Shown: positions 51,712-62,017, counted from the first letter of the stretch. The stretch: 64,000 nucleotides of DNA from Alphaproteobacteria bacterium (GCA_965221125.1 CBDCRW010000005.1:224001-288000); one strand, 5' to 3'. Notes: generated from the sequence alone by a model not told the origin. Numbers and translations are program-made.

Positions 51712-52932
51712 TCAGGCCGCGGCGTGATCCGCGATCCAGGCCGCGAGCTTGCGCCAGAGCAGGCGCTTGGCGCGGGGACTTGCCATCATGCCGATGTGGC
51801 CGAGGGGCGGGCGCCAGGTCTCCACGTGCGGCAGCGCATCGCTCAACGCCTCCGCCGAGGCCGGCGGGACGATGCGATCCCGCGCCGGCACGACGTTGAG
51901 CGCCGGGCAGGTTATGCGCTCGGGCCGCACCGCCTCGCCGCCCACCCGCCAGAGCCCGCGCGCGGGCGCGTTCCCGCCGTACCAGTCTTCGAGGCAGGCG
52001 CGGGCCACGGGGCCGGTGAGCGGCACGGCGTCGTTGAGCCAGTCCTCCAGCGCCACGAAGTTGCGCGCCGCGGCGCAAGCCGGCGGGAGATCGGCGAAGG
52101 CCGAGAACTTGCGCGCCGCCAGCAGCGGGTCGAGGGCGGCGAACATGGCCTGCAGCGCGTCGGGCGGCAGCTGCCCGAGACTCTCGTTGAGCAGGGTGAG
52201 CCCCGGCCGGTGGGCCGCGATCAGCCGTGCCTGATGGCCACCGTCGGCCCGAAAATCCCAGGGCGTCGCGAGCAGGACGAGCGCGGCGACGTCGGCGCGG
52301 GCGGCCAGCGGCAGCACCATGGTGCCGCCCATGCAGTAGCCGGCGAGCGCCAGCGGCCGGCCCGCGTGCCGGCGCACCGCCTCCAGCGCCGGCGCGAGGC
52401 GGCCGAGGATGTAGTCGTCGAGGCCGAACGCGCGCTCTTCCGCGCCTGGCGCGCCCCAGTCGAGCAGGTAGGGGCGGAGGCCGCGGCCCCGCAGGTAGCG
52501 GGCGAAGCTGCGCTCGGGCCTGAGGTCGAGGATGTAGGCGCGGTTGATGAGCGAGGGTACGAGCAGCGCGGGCGCGCCGGCCGCCTCGCCGCCGAAGGCG
52601 AGGACCCGCGTGGTGCCGGCCTGCCAGAGCACCGGCGGGTCGGCGAGGCGGCGGCGGTAGGGATGCGCGCGGTAGCCCTCGATGCCGTCGAGGAAGCGGG
52701 CGATGCGGGCCGCCGCTTCGGCGCCGAGCGCGCGTGCGAGCGCTTCAGGCTCGGCCTTGGCGAGGGCCTCCTGCAGGGCCGTCGCCTCCGCCGGGATCGC
52801 GCTGCGCCAGTTGAGCGATCCGCTCCTCGCAGGCGGCAAGGCGGCGAGCGAGCTCAGCCAGCCGCCGAGCGCCATCCCCAGATGGAGGGGGAGCGGCCTC
52901 GGCCCGAGACGCGGGCGTGCCGGCGCGGCCAT
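51712..52932 (-). CDS. PHA synthase-like alpha/beta hydrolase (PhaC class III-like)
   Basis: VPSLINRAYILDL, GYCMGG (Cys nucleophile), DRIVP, GHIGM. Confidence 0.82.
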   Translation of the reverse strand: MAAPARPRLGPRPLPLHLGMALGGWLSSLAALPPARSGSLNWRSAIPAEATALQEALAKAEPEALARALGAEAAARIARFLDGIEGYRAHPYRRRLADPPVLWQAGTTRVLAFGGEAAGAPALLVPSLINRAYILDLRPERSFARYLRGRGLRPYLLDWGAPGAEERAFGLDDYILGRLAPALEAVRRHAGRPLALAGYCMGGTMVLPLAARADVAALVLLATPWDFRADGGHQARLIAAHRPGLTLLNESLGQLPPDALQAMFAALDPLLAARKFSAFADLPPACAAARNFVALEDWLNDAVPLTGPVARACLEDWYGGNAPARGLWRVGGEAVRPERITCPALNVVPARDRIVPPASAEALSDALPHVETWRPPLGHIGMMASPRAKRLLWRKLAAWIADHAAA

Positions 52933-53110
52933 TCAGGCCGCCGGGCGCGGCGCCCGGCGCCAGCGCCGCGAGGTGCAGGGCGCCGAGGCGGAGCGTGAGC
53001 GCGCCGGGGCCTTCGTCCCGCCCGGTGCCGGCGACCTCCTCCTGCCAGAGGTCGAGGAAGCGCCGGGCGAGCGCCGCCGGGTCGTCGTCATCGCTCGTGC
53101 CCCTGCTCAT
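52745..53110 (-). CDS. Small hypothetical coiled-coil protein overlapping the PhaC-like gene
   Basis: LARRFLDLWQEE and LAELARRLAACEERIAQL; TATACT 6 nt before the ATG. Confidence 0.55.
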   Translation of the reverse strand: MSRGTSDDDDPAALARRFLDLWQEEVAGTGRDEGPGALTLRLGALHLAALAPGAAPGGLNGRAGTPASRAEAAPPPSGDGARRLAELARRLAACEERIAQLAQRDPGGGDGPAGGPRQGRA

Positions 53111-53226
53111 GGTGCCAGTATAGCCGATGCGGCGGCCCCGTCGCGCGGCCGCCCCGTCGCGCGGCTACCTGGACATGCGGCCGCCCGGTCGTTGACTTGG
53201 CCGGCCCCGCCAACCATGCTCGGGCC

Positions 53227-53751
53227 ATGACCATCGAGCAGAAGATCGAGGCCGCGGGCCTGACCCTCCCCCGGCTCGAGGACAGCTACGGCAACAACCC
53301 GGCGGGCGCGAAATACGTCTCGCACCATGCGCTGGGGCGGGTGCTCTACCTCTCAGGCTGCACGCCGTTCAAGGACGGCAAGCCCTACATGACCGGGATC
53401 CTCGGCGTGGACCGCACCATCGAGGATGGCTACGAGGCGGCGCGCCAGTGCATGCTCTGCTACCTCGGCCTGATCAAGTATGCGCTGGGCGATCTCGACC
53501 GGATGCACCGCATGCTGCACCTCACCGGCTACGTGAACTCCGGCCCCGGCTTTGCGGATCAGCCGCGCGTCATCAACGGCGCCGTGGACCTGCTCGTCGA
53601 GCTCTGCGGCCAGCGCATGATGCCGACGCGGGCCGCCATCGGCTGCCACGGACTCGCGGTCAACCATTCGGTCGAGCTGATCGCGATGGTGGAATTCGAC
53701 GGCGGCAGCGTGGCGCCGCCGCTCGCCCGCGACGGAACGGTGCTCGACTGA
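53227..53751 (+). CDS. RidA/YjgF family protein
   Basis: LYLSG, GYEAAR, GYVNS...QPRVINGA...RAAIG. Confidence 0.85.
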   Translation: MTIEQKIEAAGLTLPRLEDSYGNNPAGAKYVSHHALGRVLYLSGCTPFKDGKPYMTGILGVDRTIEDGYEAARQCMLCYLGLIKYALGDLDRMHRMLHLTGYVNSGPGFADQPRVINGAVDLLVELCGQRMMPTRAAIGCHGLAVNHSVELIAMVEFDGGSVAPPLARDGTVLD

Positions 53752-53800
53752 GGCGCGCGCCCGCCCGCCAGTCCCCCCGCCATTCACGAGACCTGACGCC

Positions 53801-54790
53801 ATGAAAGCGGTTCTGTGCAGGGCCTTCGGCCCGCCCGAGATTCTTGCGTTCGAGACCGTGGACCCGCCCGCGCTCGGACCCGGCGAGGTGCGCGTCGCCG
53901 TGGCCGCGGTCGGCGTGAACTTCCCCGATCTGCTGCTGATCGAAGGCAAGTACCAGATCAGGCCGCCCTTTCCCTTCAGCCCCGGCCTGGAGTGCGCGGG
54001 CACCGTCACGGAGCTGGGAGCGGGCGCAGACGGGCCGGCGCCCGGCACCCGCGTGCTCGTCTACTGCACCCACGGCTGCATGGCAGAGGAGGTGGTGGCG
54101 CCGGCGTCTTCGGTCATCCCGATCCCCGATGCGATGCCCTTCGACGCCGCGGCGGCCTTCCCCGTGGTCTACGGCACCGGCTACCACGCGCTCGTCGGCC
54201 GCGCGGCGCTCGCCGAAGGCGAGACCCTGCTGGTGCTGGGCGCCTCCGGCGGTGTGGGGCTGTCGGCGGTGGAGATCGGCAAGCGGCTGGGCGCAACCGT
54301 GATCGCGGCCGCGAGCAGCGACGAGAAGCTGGCTCTGGCCGGGCAGCACGGCGCCGACCACCTCGTCAACTACGGCACGGACGATCTTCGCGAGCGGGTC
54401 AAGGCGCTGACCGACGGGCGCGGCGCGGACGTGATCTTCGACCCCGTCGGCGGCGATTTCTTCGACGCGTCGATGCGCTGCATCGCCTGGAACGGCCGGC
54501 TGCTGGTCATCGGCTTCGCCTCCGGGCGCATCGCCGAGGCCAGGACCAACATCATCCTGCTCAAGGAGATGAGCGTGGTCGGAGTCGCCTGGGGCGCCTT
54601 CGCCTTTCGCGATCCCGCCGCGAATCGCGCCTATTTTGCCGAATTGCTGCGCTGGTACGAGGCCGGCGCGCTGAAGCCCCTCGTCTCCCGCAGCCTGCCG
54701 CTGGCCGACGCCCCTGCGGCGCTGGCGGCGTTCCAGAGCCGGAGCGTGGTCGGCAAGCAGGTGCTGACGGTGGAGCGGCCTGGCGGCTGA
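53801..54790 (+). CDS. NADPH:quinone oxidoreductase (MDR family)
   Basis: GVNFPD, PFSPGLE, GASGGVG, FDPVGG, IGFASG. Confidence 0.9.
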   Translation: MKAVLCRAFGPPEILAFETVDPPALGPGEVRVAVAAVGVNFPDLLLIEGKYQIRPPFPFSPGLECAGTVTELGAGADGPAPGTRVLVYCTHGCMAEEVVAPASSVIPIPDAMPFDAAAAFPVVYGTGYHALVGRAALAEGETLLVLGASGGVGLSAVEIGKRLGATVIAAASSDEKLALAGQHGADHLVNYGTDDLRERVKALTDGRGADVIFDPVGGDFFDASMRCIAWNGRLLVIGFASGRIAEARTNIILLKEMSVVGVAWGAFAFRDPAANRAYFAELLRWYEAGALKPLVSRSLPLADAPAALAAFQSRSVVGKQVLTVERPGG

Positions 54791-54821
54791 CTGCTTTACC
54801 CAAGCGCGCGAATTTTCTACC

Positions 54822-55949
54822 TTGTTGCAGCCCCGCGGCGCCGCGGAGCAGTGGACTGCAGAACGGCTAGGACAGAGCGTGGCTGGGGAGGCGATCCGAG
54901 GCGCTGCGGGGCCGCTCGTGGACGATCCCGTCATCGGACATGCGGTCCGCGCCGGCGGCTTCGCGGATCACGCGGCCTCGTCCTACATGCTGGCGGCGGA
55001 CGCCCTCGATGAGGGCCGCTTCGCCGACGCCGCGGCGCTGGCCCGCCATACGGTCGAGGAAGCCCGCGAGGGCTACGAGCTCTACGCGCTCTGGGCCGAG
55101 CAGATCAGGGAAACGCTCGCCGCCGAAGGCGTGGACGACGCCGAGATCGCGGCGGGCGAAGCGCAGCTGCGCACGCTGCTGGCGGGCGAGGCGGGGGAGC
55201 CGTTCGACATTCACGCCGGCTGGGCCGCCTATACGGGCGAGATCGGGGCGGTCGAGGCCGCCTGCGGGGCGGGCGATGCGCCGGCGGCCCGCGCGCGCCT
55301 GGAGCGCGCCCGCACGCTCTGGCTCGAGACCCACGACAGGGGCTGCGACCTGGTCTACGGCATGCTCGACCTTGTGGTCCGCCATCTCGGCGAGCGCCGC
55401 ATCGGCCCGCTCTGGGACGAACTGATGGCGCCGATGTACGAGACCTACGACGTCTACGATACCGCCACGCACCCGTGGCCGCGCTCCATGCACCGGCTGA
55501 TCCTGATCGCGGCGCTCTCGCTCCGCGGGCACCTGAGCGGGCCGGGGCGCACGGGCGCCATCGACATCGCGGAGGAGGCCGACCGCTGGGTGCTGAGCTT
55601 CGACCCCTGCGGCTCCGGCGGGCGCACCTACCGTGACGACGACCCGAAGGGTCCCCGCATGGAGGCCCCTTACGGCTTCGCCGTGACCACGGAGGCCCAT
55701 GACTGGGCCTGGGGCAAGACCGGCGTCTGCGTCTACTGCGTCCACTGCTGCCAGCTCAACCAGCGCATGCCCATCCGGCGCTTCGGCTATCCGACGCGGG
55801 TGATCGACCCGCCCACATGGCCCGCGTCCAGGGCGGGCGGCGTCTGCCGCTGGTCGGTCTACAAGGATCCTGCGCTCGTGCCCGACGAGGCCTATACCAG
55901 CGTGGGCTACGAGAGGCCGGCGGCGGCCGGTGCGGGAGCGGCGCGATGA
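54822..55949 (+). CDS. Hypothetical protein with C-terminal Cys cluster
   Basis: DPCGSGG...CVYCVHCC...CRW; coupled to the next gene; start uncertain. Confidence 0.7.
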   Translation: MLQPRGAAEQWTAERLGQSVAGEAIRGAAGPLVDDPVIGHAVRAGGFADHAASSYMLAADALDEGRFADAAALARHTVEEAREGYELYALWAEQIRETLAAEGVDDAEIAAGEAQLRTLLAGEAGEPFDIHAGWAAYTGEIGAVEAACGAGDAPAARARLERARTLWLETHDRGCDLVYGMLDLVVRHLGERRIGPLWDELMAPMYETYDVYDTATHPWPRSMHRLILIAALSLRGHLSGPGRTGAIDIAEEADRWVLSFDPCGSGGRTYRDDDPKGPRMEAPYGFAVTTEAHDWAWGKTGVCVYCVHCCQLNQRMPIRRFGYPTRVIDPPTWPASRAGGVCRWSVYKDPALVPDEAYTSVGYERPAAAGAGAAR

Positions 55950-57304
55950 GCGGGACGGAGAACGAGGGGCTGGATGCCGTGCGCGAGCGCATGCGGGCCG
56001 ACGGCGTGCGCTACGTTCAGGTCGAGGTGCCGGAGCTCGACGGCGGGCTGCGCTGCAAGCTGCTCGCGCTTGACAAGGGGCTCTCCGACGGGATCGGCTG
56101 GTCCAACATCATCTACGGGCTGACCGCGGCGGACGACGTCTATGAATCGCCGTTCTCCTCCTACGAGAACGGCTTCGCCGACGTCTTCGGAACGCCGGAC
56201 GCGGCCACGGCCTGCCGCCTGCCCTGGCGGCAGGACACGGCGGCGGTCCTGATCGACGTTCACGATGCGGACGGCACCATGACGCCGGAAGGCCCGCGCA
56301 CGATGCTGCGGCGCGCCGTGGGCAAGGCGGACGCCATGGGCTTCCAGCCGCGCTTCGCGGTCGAGTACGAGGTCGCCGTCTACTACGCGGACGACGCCGC
56401 CTCGCCGCCCTCGCCCGCGACGCTCACGCCGGTCTCGCGCACGCGGAACGCCTACAGCGTGGTCCGCATGCCGGAGCTGCGCGCGCTCTTCGAGACCTTC
56501 ATGCAGCGCATGGAGGAGGTGGGCGCGTCGGTCCTCTCCATGCACACGGAGTTGGGGCGCGGCGCGGTCGAGTTCGCGCTCGCCCATGCGCCGCCGCTGG
56601 CTGCCGCCGACGGCGCCATGCGCGCCAAGGCCTATCTGAAGGAGCTCTGCGCCGAGCGCGGCATGGTCGTGACCTTCATGGCCAAGGTCGACCCCGACAT
56701 GCCGGGCTCCGGCGGGCACGTGCACCAGAGCCTGTGGCGGGACGGCGAGAACGTGTTCTGGGACGGCACGGGTGCGAGCGAGACGGCGCGGCAGTACGCC
56801 GCCGGGCAGATCGAGCACCTGCCGGCGCTCACCGCGCTCTTCATGGCCAACATCAACTCGTACCGGCGGCGGGACTGGCAGCACTGGGTGCCGCTCAACG
56901 CATCCTGGGGCGACGACAACCGCAGCGCGGCGCTCCGCCTCATCACCCGGCCGGTACCGCACGGGGCCCGCTTCGAGAACCGCGTGCCGGGCGCCGATTC
57001 CAACGCCTACCTCTGCATCGGCGGCATGCTGGCCGCGGGGCTCGACGGCATCGAGCGCGGCCTCGTGCCGCCGCCGCTCTGTTCGGGTAACGCGGCGCTC
57101 GACGAGAGCTATACGAAGCTGCCGGCCACGCTGGCCGAGGCGGTGGACGCCTTCGCGGGCTCGGCCTTTTTGCGCCACGCCTTCGGCGAGCGCTTCGTCG
57201 ATCACTACGCGCTCTCGCGCCGGGTCGAGCTCGATCACTGGCACGCCTGGCTGCGGAGCCACGTGAGCGCCTGGGAATACGAGCGCTATTTCGAGACAAT
57301 TTGA
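55946..57304 (+). CDS. Glutamine synthetase-like gamma-glutamyl ligase (PuuA-like)
   Basis: LRCK, VEYE, HTELG..VE, FMAK, GSGGHVHQSL, WGDDNR, FENRVPGAD. Confidence 0.88.
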   Translation: MSGTENEGLDAVRERMRADGVRYVQVEVPELDGGLRCKLLALDKGLSDGIGWSNIIYGLTAADDVYESPFSSYENGFADVFGTPDAATACRLPWRQDTAAVLIDVHDADGTMTPEGPRTMLRRAVGKADAMGFQPRFAVEYEVAVYYADDAASPPSPATLTPVSRTRNAYSVVRMPELRALFETFMQRMEEVGASVLSMHTELGRGAVEFALAHAPPLAAADGAMRAKAYLKELCAERGMVVTFMAKVDPDMPGSGGHVHQSLWRDGENVFWDGTGASETARQYAAGQIEHLPALTALFMANINSYRRRDWQHWVPLNASWGDDNRSAALRLITRPVPHGARFENRVPGADSNAYLCIGGMLAAGLDGIERGLVPPPLCSGNAALDESYTKLPATLAEAVDAFAGSAFLRHAFGERFVDHYALSRRVELDHWHAWLRSHVSAWEYERYFETI

Positions 57305-57406
57305 GGCAGGCGCGGCCAAGCGCCTTTTCGCTCCGGCCTTCTGCCACTATATCGGTAGGGTCGGGCCGGCGCGGCGTGCCGGACCCGAGGGGACGAAGAG
57401 GGACCG

Positions 57407-57595
57407 ATGACCGATCAGGAGACCATCGCGCAGCGCCTGGAGGCGTTGCGCGCCCAACATCAGTCGTTGAACGACGAAATCGATGCGCTTGCGGGCCGCG
57501 GCGACGCTCTCGAGATCCAGGGGCTCAAGCGCCAGAAGCTGCGGCTCAAGGACGAGATCGCGCGGCTGGAGAGCGAGCACGCGCACGCGGGGTAA
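57407..57595 (+). CDS. DUF465/YdcH family protein
   Basis: H..L..EI...LKRQKLRLKDEI. Confidence 0.85.
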   Translation: MTDQETIAQRLEALRAQHQSLNDEIDALAGRGDALEIQGLKRQKLRLKDEIARLESEHAHAG

Positions 57596-57660
57596 ACCGC
57601 GGAACGCGAAATTGAAAAACGAACCCAATTTCGCATAGAACCCTGTTTTACATTATGAAT

Positions 57661-57809
57661 TTAGAGCGCGTCCGTCACGCACGGACGCGCGACAGGCCGC
57701 GATAGCGGCCCGCCGCGTATGCGGCGCCCTCGCGGAGGCGCTGGCCGCAGGCCAGCTGCCGTGAGCGATAAAGAGTCAGAGCGTTTCCGTGTGAACGGAA
57801 ACGCGCTGA
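57661..57809 (+). repeat. Family A repeat, shorter copy
   Basis: TTAGAGCGCGTCCG...GAGCGTTTCCGTGTGAACGGAAACGC. Confidence 0.82.
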
Positions 57810-57813
57810 GGGA

Positions 57814-58677
57814 TCAGGCCGGGGCGGGCTTCACCCCGGTGCCGATCCGCACGTGGGCCGCGAGAGGGATCTCGTCCCCCTCGCGCAAATGCTCGAAGCC
57901 TGCCGCCACCGCCTCCAGCAGGGCCGGGCGCTTGTCCTCGCCGGCGCCATCGAGTGCGCGGCCGAAGGTCATGTCGAACTGCGCCTGCCAGAAGGGGGCG
58001 CCCGCCGGGACCCGCGGCGCGAAGCGAACCTCGCGCTCTTCCACGTCCGTGAACCCGCCCTCGGTGAGCGCGCCGGCGAGGGCGCCGCTGGCGCCCAAGG
58101 AGAAGGGCCGGGCGAGGTCGATCTCGTCCACCTCGTCGAGCGGGCCGAGCACGGCCTCGGCGGCGGCGGCGAAGACGACGAACATGGTGGTCTCCGCGCG
58201 CGGCCCCCAGACGAGATAGGCCACCCGCCCGCCGGGCTTGAGCACGCGGAGCGCCTCGGCGGCGGCGCGTGCGGGCGCCGGGCAGAACATCAGCCCGAAG
58301 CGGCAGATCACCCGGTCGAACGCGGCATCCGCATCGGGCAGCGCCAGCATGTCAGCGGTGCGGAAGGTCATGTTGCTGAGCCCATGCGCTGCGGCTCGGC
58401 GGCGGGCGCCCAGCATCATTTCGGGGCAGAGGTCGGTGGCGAAGACGCGGCCCTCCGCGCCCACCAGTTGGGCCACGCTGAGCGCGGGCTCGCCCGCGCC
58501 CGTCGCGATGTCGCAGACCTGCTGGCCGGGCGCGATCTCGGCGGCCTCGATGAGCGGCGCGTTCATGCGCGCCGCCTGGTCGGCGATCTCGTCGGCGCGG
58601 CGGTCCCAGTGGCGCCCGCGCCCGGCCCAGTCGGCCCGCACGCGCTCGGTCTCGCGTCTGATCGCGTCAGCGTCCAT
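57814..58677 (-). CDS. Class I SAM-dependent methyltransferase
   Basis: DIATGAGEP, FDRVICRFG, VLKPGG. Confidence 0.87.
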   Translation of the reverse strand: MDADAIRRETERVRADWAGRGRHWDRRADEIADQAARMNAPLIEAAEIAPGQQVCDIATGAGEPALSVAQLVGAEGRVFATDLCPEMMLGARRRAAAHGLSNMTFRTADMLALPDADAAFDRVICRFGLMFCPAPARAAAEALRVLKPGGRVAYLVWGPRAETTMFVVFAAAAEAVLGPLDEVDEIDLARPFSLGASGALAGALTEGGFTDVEEREVRFAPRVPAGAPFWQAQFDMTFGRALDGAGEDKRPALLEAVAAGFEHLREGDEIPLAAHVRIGTGVKPAPA

Positions 58678-58731
58678 GGCTCCGCACTCTCCCCGCGCCC
58701 GCGCCCGTGTCAAGGCCGGTAAACCCGTTCG

Positions 58732-60270
58732 TCAGAATAGCTGCACGGCGAGCAGGCCCGCGAGTAACGCGGCGATTACCGCCAGAATAAGCGGGAGCGC
58801 GCTGCCGCCCCGCCTGCGGCCGCTCATCGCCTCCAGGGTGTCGGGCGAGAGCGAGACGCCTTCCTCCAGCCCGTCGAGGACGCGCTCGGCGCGGGCGGCG
58901 AGGCGCGGGATTCGCCCTGCCGCCTCCAGGAACTCCTCCGCCGCATCGCGCACGCGCGCCTGGACCCCCAAATTCTCCCGCGCCCAGCGCTCGATGAGCG
59001 GGCGGGTGAAGACCCACATGTTCTGGTCCGGCGTGAGCCGGCGCGTCAGCCCCTCGGCCATCAGCATCGTTTTCTGCAGCAGCAGGAGCTGCGGCTGGGT
59101 CTCCATCTCGAAGGCCTCGGTGATCTGGAAGAGCTGGCCCAGCAGCTGGGCGATGGAGATCTCGTGGAGGGGCCGGCCGAGGATGGGCTCGCCGATGGAG
59201 CGGAGCGCCTGCACGAACGCGGCTTTCGAGGTGCGCCGCGGCACGTAGCCCGCCTCGACATGCACCTCGGCCACGCGCTCGTAGTCGCCGATCAGGAAGC
59301 CCAGCAGCATCTCCGCGAGGTAGCGCCGGGTCTGGGCGTCGAGCCGCCCCATGATGCCGAAATCGACGGCGACGACGTTGCCCTTCGCATCCACCAGAAG
59401 GTTGCCGGGGTGGAGGTCGGCGTGGAAGAAGCCGTCCCGAAACACCTGGTTGAAGAAGGCGGCGGCCGCCTTGCCCAGCACCTCGTGCGGGTCGTGGCCG
59501 GCCGCGACCAGGGCGTCGCGCTCGTCGATGGGGATGCCGTCCACGCGCTCCAGCGTGAGCACGCGCCGGCTGGTCCTGCGCCAGTCGACCGCCGGCACCA
59601 GGAAGCCTTCGTCCTCGGCGAAGTTCTGGCGCAGCTCCGATGCCGCGGCGGCCTCGAAGCGGAGGTCCATCTCGATCATCACGCTCTGGGCAAAGGTGCG
59701 GATGACCTCGACCGGCCGGAGCCTGCGCCAAGAGGGGAGCGTGCGCTCGGCAATCTCGGCCAGCCAGTAGAACAGCTCGAGGTCGCGCTCCAGGGCGCGC
59801 TCCACGCCCGGCCGTAGGATTTTCACCGCCACCGGCTCGCCGGCCGCGGTGACGGCGAAGTGCACCTGGGCGATGGAGGCGGCGGCGACCGGCTCGTCGG
59901 TGAACGCGCGGAAGAGGGAGTCCAGCGGTGCGCCGAACTCGGATTCAACGATGGCGCGGGCGGCCTTCGCGTCGAAGGGCGGCAGGCGGTCCTGCAGCGC
60001 GGACAGCTCGGCCGCGGTCTCCTCGCCCACCAGGTCCGGCCGGGTGGAAAGCGCCTGGCCGAACTTGATGAAGCTCGGCCCCAGCGCCTGGAACGCGCCG
60101 GCAAGGCGCTGGCCGGGCGAGCCGAGGCCGCGCTTCCTCGGCGCCATGCCGGCGAGGACGGTGACCGCCGGCACGAGGCCGTAATCGCTCAGCAGGAAGA
60201 GCGCGTCCCAGCGCCCCAGGGTCCAGGCAATCCGCAGCAGCCGCCCAATATTTCTGAGCGCCCGGCGCAC
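58732..60270 (-). CDS. ubiB: Ubiquinone biosynthesis kinase-like protein UbiB
   Basis: LGPSFIKFGQ, AASIAQVH, FFHADLHPGN, DFGIMG, QKT. Confidence 0.95.
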   Translation of the reverse strand: MRRALRNIGRLLRIAWTLGRWDALFLLSDYGLVPAVTVLAGMAPRKRGLGSPGQRLAGAFQALGPSFIKFGQALSTRPDLVGEETAAELSALQDRLPPFDAKAARAIVESEFGAPLDSLFRAFTDEPVAAASIAQVHFAVTAAGEPVAVKILRPGVERALERDLELFYWLAEIAERTLPSWRRLRPVEVIRTFAQSVMIEMDLRFEAAAASELRQNFAEDEGFLVPAVDWRRTSRRVLTLERVDGIPIDERDALVAAGHDPHEVLGKAAAAFFNQVFRDGFFHADLHPGNLLVDAKGNVVAVDFGIMGRLDAQTRRYLAEMLLGFLIGDYERVAEVHVEAGYVPRRTSKAAFVQALRSIGEPILGRPLHEISIAQLLGQLFQITEAFEMETQPQLLLLQKTMLMAEGLTRRLTPDQNMWVFTRPLIERWARENLGVQARVRDAAEEFLEAAGRIPRLAARAERVLDGLEEGVSLSPDTLEAMSGRRRGGSALPLILAVIAALLAGLLAVQLF

Positions 60271-60280
60271 GATGGTTGCT

Positions 60281-61052
60281 CTAGGTGCGCCAGCCCGAAT
60301 GGAGCGTGGCGATGCCGGCAGACAGCGGGCGCACGCGCACGCCGCCGAAGCCGGTGTCGGCCATCATCGCGGCGAGCGTCTCCGGCGGGGGGAAGCGCCG
60401 GATGCTCTCCACGAGGTAGGCGTAGGCGTCGCGCTGGCCGGTCACCGCCGCGCCCAGCAGCGGAATGACGGCGAAGGAGTAGGCGTCGTACAGCCGGTCG
60501 ATACCCACAGGCGGGCGGGCGTTGAACTCGAGGCAGAGGAAGCGCCCGCCGGGCCTGAGCACGCGCGCGGCCTCGGCCAGCCCATGTTCGATCCGGGTGA
60601 GGTTGCGGATGCCGAAGGCGATCGTGTAGGCGTCCACCGAGCGGGCCGGGAGCGGCAGCGCCTCCGCATCGCCCACCAGCCACTCGATGCCGCCGACGAT
60701 GCCCGCGTTCCAGGTGCGCTCGCGGCCGGCGTCCACCATCTGCGCGCTCGCGTCGCAGACGACCACGCGGCCCTCGCCCCCCATCGCCGCCAGCACGCGG
60801 CGCGCGATGTCGCCGGTGCCACCCGCCACGTCGAGCACCGCCATGCCGGGGTGGGGTGCGAGCCACGCCACCATCTCGCGCTTCCACAGGCGATGAACGC
60901 CGCCGCTCATCAGGTCGTTCATGAGGTCGTAGCGGCCGGCGACCCGGTCGAACAGGTCGCGGACGAGACCGGGCTTCTCGTCCTCGCCGACGCGGCGGAA
61001 GCCGAAGTCGGCGCCATCCGTGGCGTCGTGCTCTCCGCGCGCCCAAGCCATG
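60281..61052 (-). CDS. ubiE: Ubiquinone/menaquinone C-methyltransferase
   Basis: YDLMNDLMS.GVHRLWK, LDVAGGTGD, YLVESIRRFP; start approximate. Confidence 0.93.
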
Positions 61053-61100
61053 ACGGCGACCATAGCCCAGCGCCGAAACCCGCGCTACCGTGGCCCGAGG

Positions 61101-61925
61101 ATGCCGGAATTGCCCGAGGTCGAGACCGTGCGCCGCGGGCTTGCCGCGCGGCTTGCGGGCCGGCGCATCACCCACGTCACGGTGCGCCGCCCCGATCTGC
61201 GCCGCCCGCTGCCGCCGGACATGGGGCAAGCGCTCACGGGGCGGACGCTGCAGGGCTTCGGGCGCCGGGGGAAATATCTCCTGCTGCGCCTCGACGGCGG
61301 CCGCGTGCTGATCGTCCACCTCGGCATGTCGGGGCGCATGTCCGTGGGCGACGCGCCCAGCGGGGGCGCGCACGAGCACGTCGTCCTGCACTTCGACGAC
61401 GGCGCGGTGCTCAGCTACGAGGACCACCGCCGCTTCGGGCTGATGGACCTAGCGGACGCCGGGCGGCTCGAGGAGCACGACCTGCTGCGCAGCATGGGGC
61501 CGGAGCCGTTGGCGCCCGACTTCGACGGGCCGGCGCTGGCGCAGCGGCTCCGCGCCAAGGACACGCCGATCAAGGCTGCGCTGCTCGATCAGCGGGTGAT
61601 CGCGGGCCTCGGCAACATCTACGTGTGCGAGGCGCTCTTCCACGCGGGGCTGAGCCCACGACGCCGCGCGGGCTCGGTGCAGGGCAGGCGCGCGGATAGG
61701 CTGGCGCGCGCGATCCGCGACGTGCTGGAAGACGCCATCGCGGCGGGCGGCTCGTCGCTCCGCGACTACGTGCAGGCGTCGGGCGAGCTCGGCTACTTTC
61801 AGCACCGCTTCGCGGTCTACGACCGGGCGGATCTGCCCTGCCCCGGCTGCGATTGCGGGGCCGCGGTGCGGCGCATCGTGCAAGGCGGGCGCTCGACATT
61901 CTATTGCGCTAAGCGGCAACGGTGA
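61101..61925 (+). CDS. mutM: Formamidopyrimidine-DNA glycosylase
   Basis: [19 protein letters not shown]-terminal zinc finger. Confidence 0.96.
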   Translation: MPELPEVETVRRGLAARLAGRRITHVTVRRPDLRRPLPPDMGQALTGRTLQGFGRRGKYLLLRLDGGRVLIVHLGMSGRMSVGDAPSGGAHEHVVLHFDDGAVLSYEDHRRFGLMDLADAGRLEEHDLLRSMGPEPLAPDFDGPALAQRLRAKDTPIKAALLDQRVIAGLGNIYVCEALFHAGLSPRRRAGSVQGRRADRLARAIRDVLEDAIAAGGSSLRDYVQASGELGYFQHRFAVYDRADLPCPGCDCGAAVRRIVQGGRSTFYCAKRQR

Positions 61926-62017
61926 GTAATAGGCGAGCCGCACGCCCCTCACAGCGCCCGGCCGGCAGCAGCCTGCCGCTTCAGAACGCGGGCCCCGGCC
62001 GCTCAAGGGAGAACACG

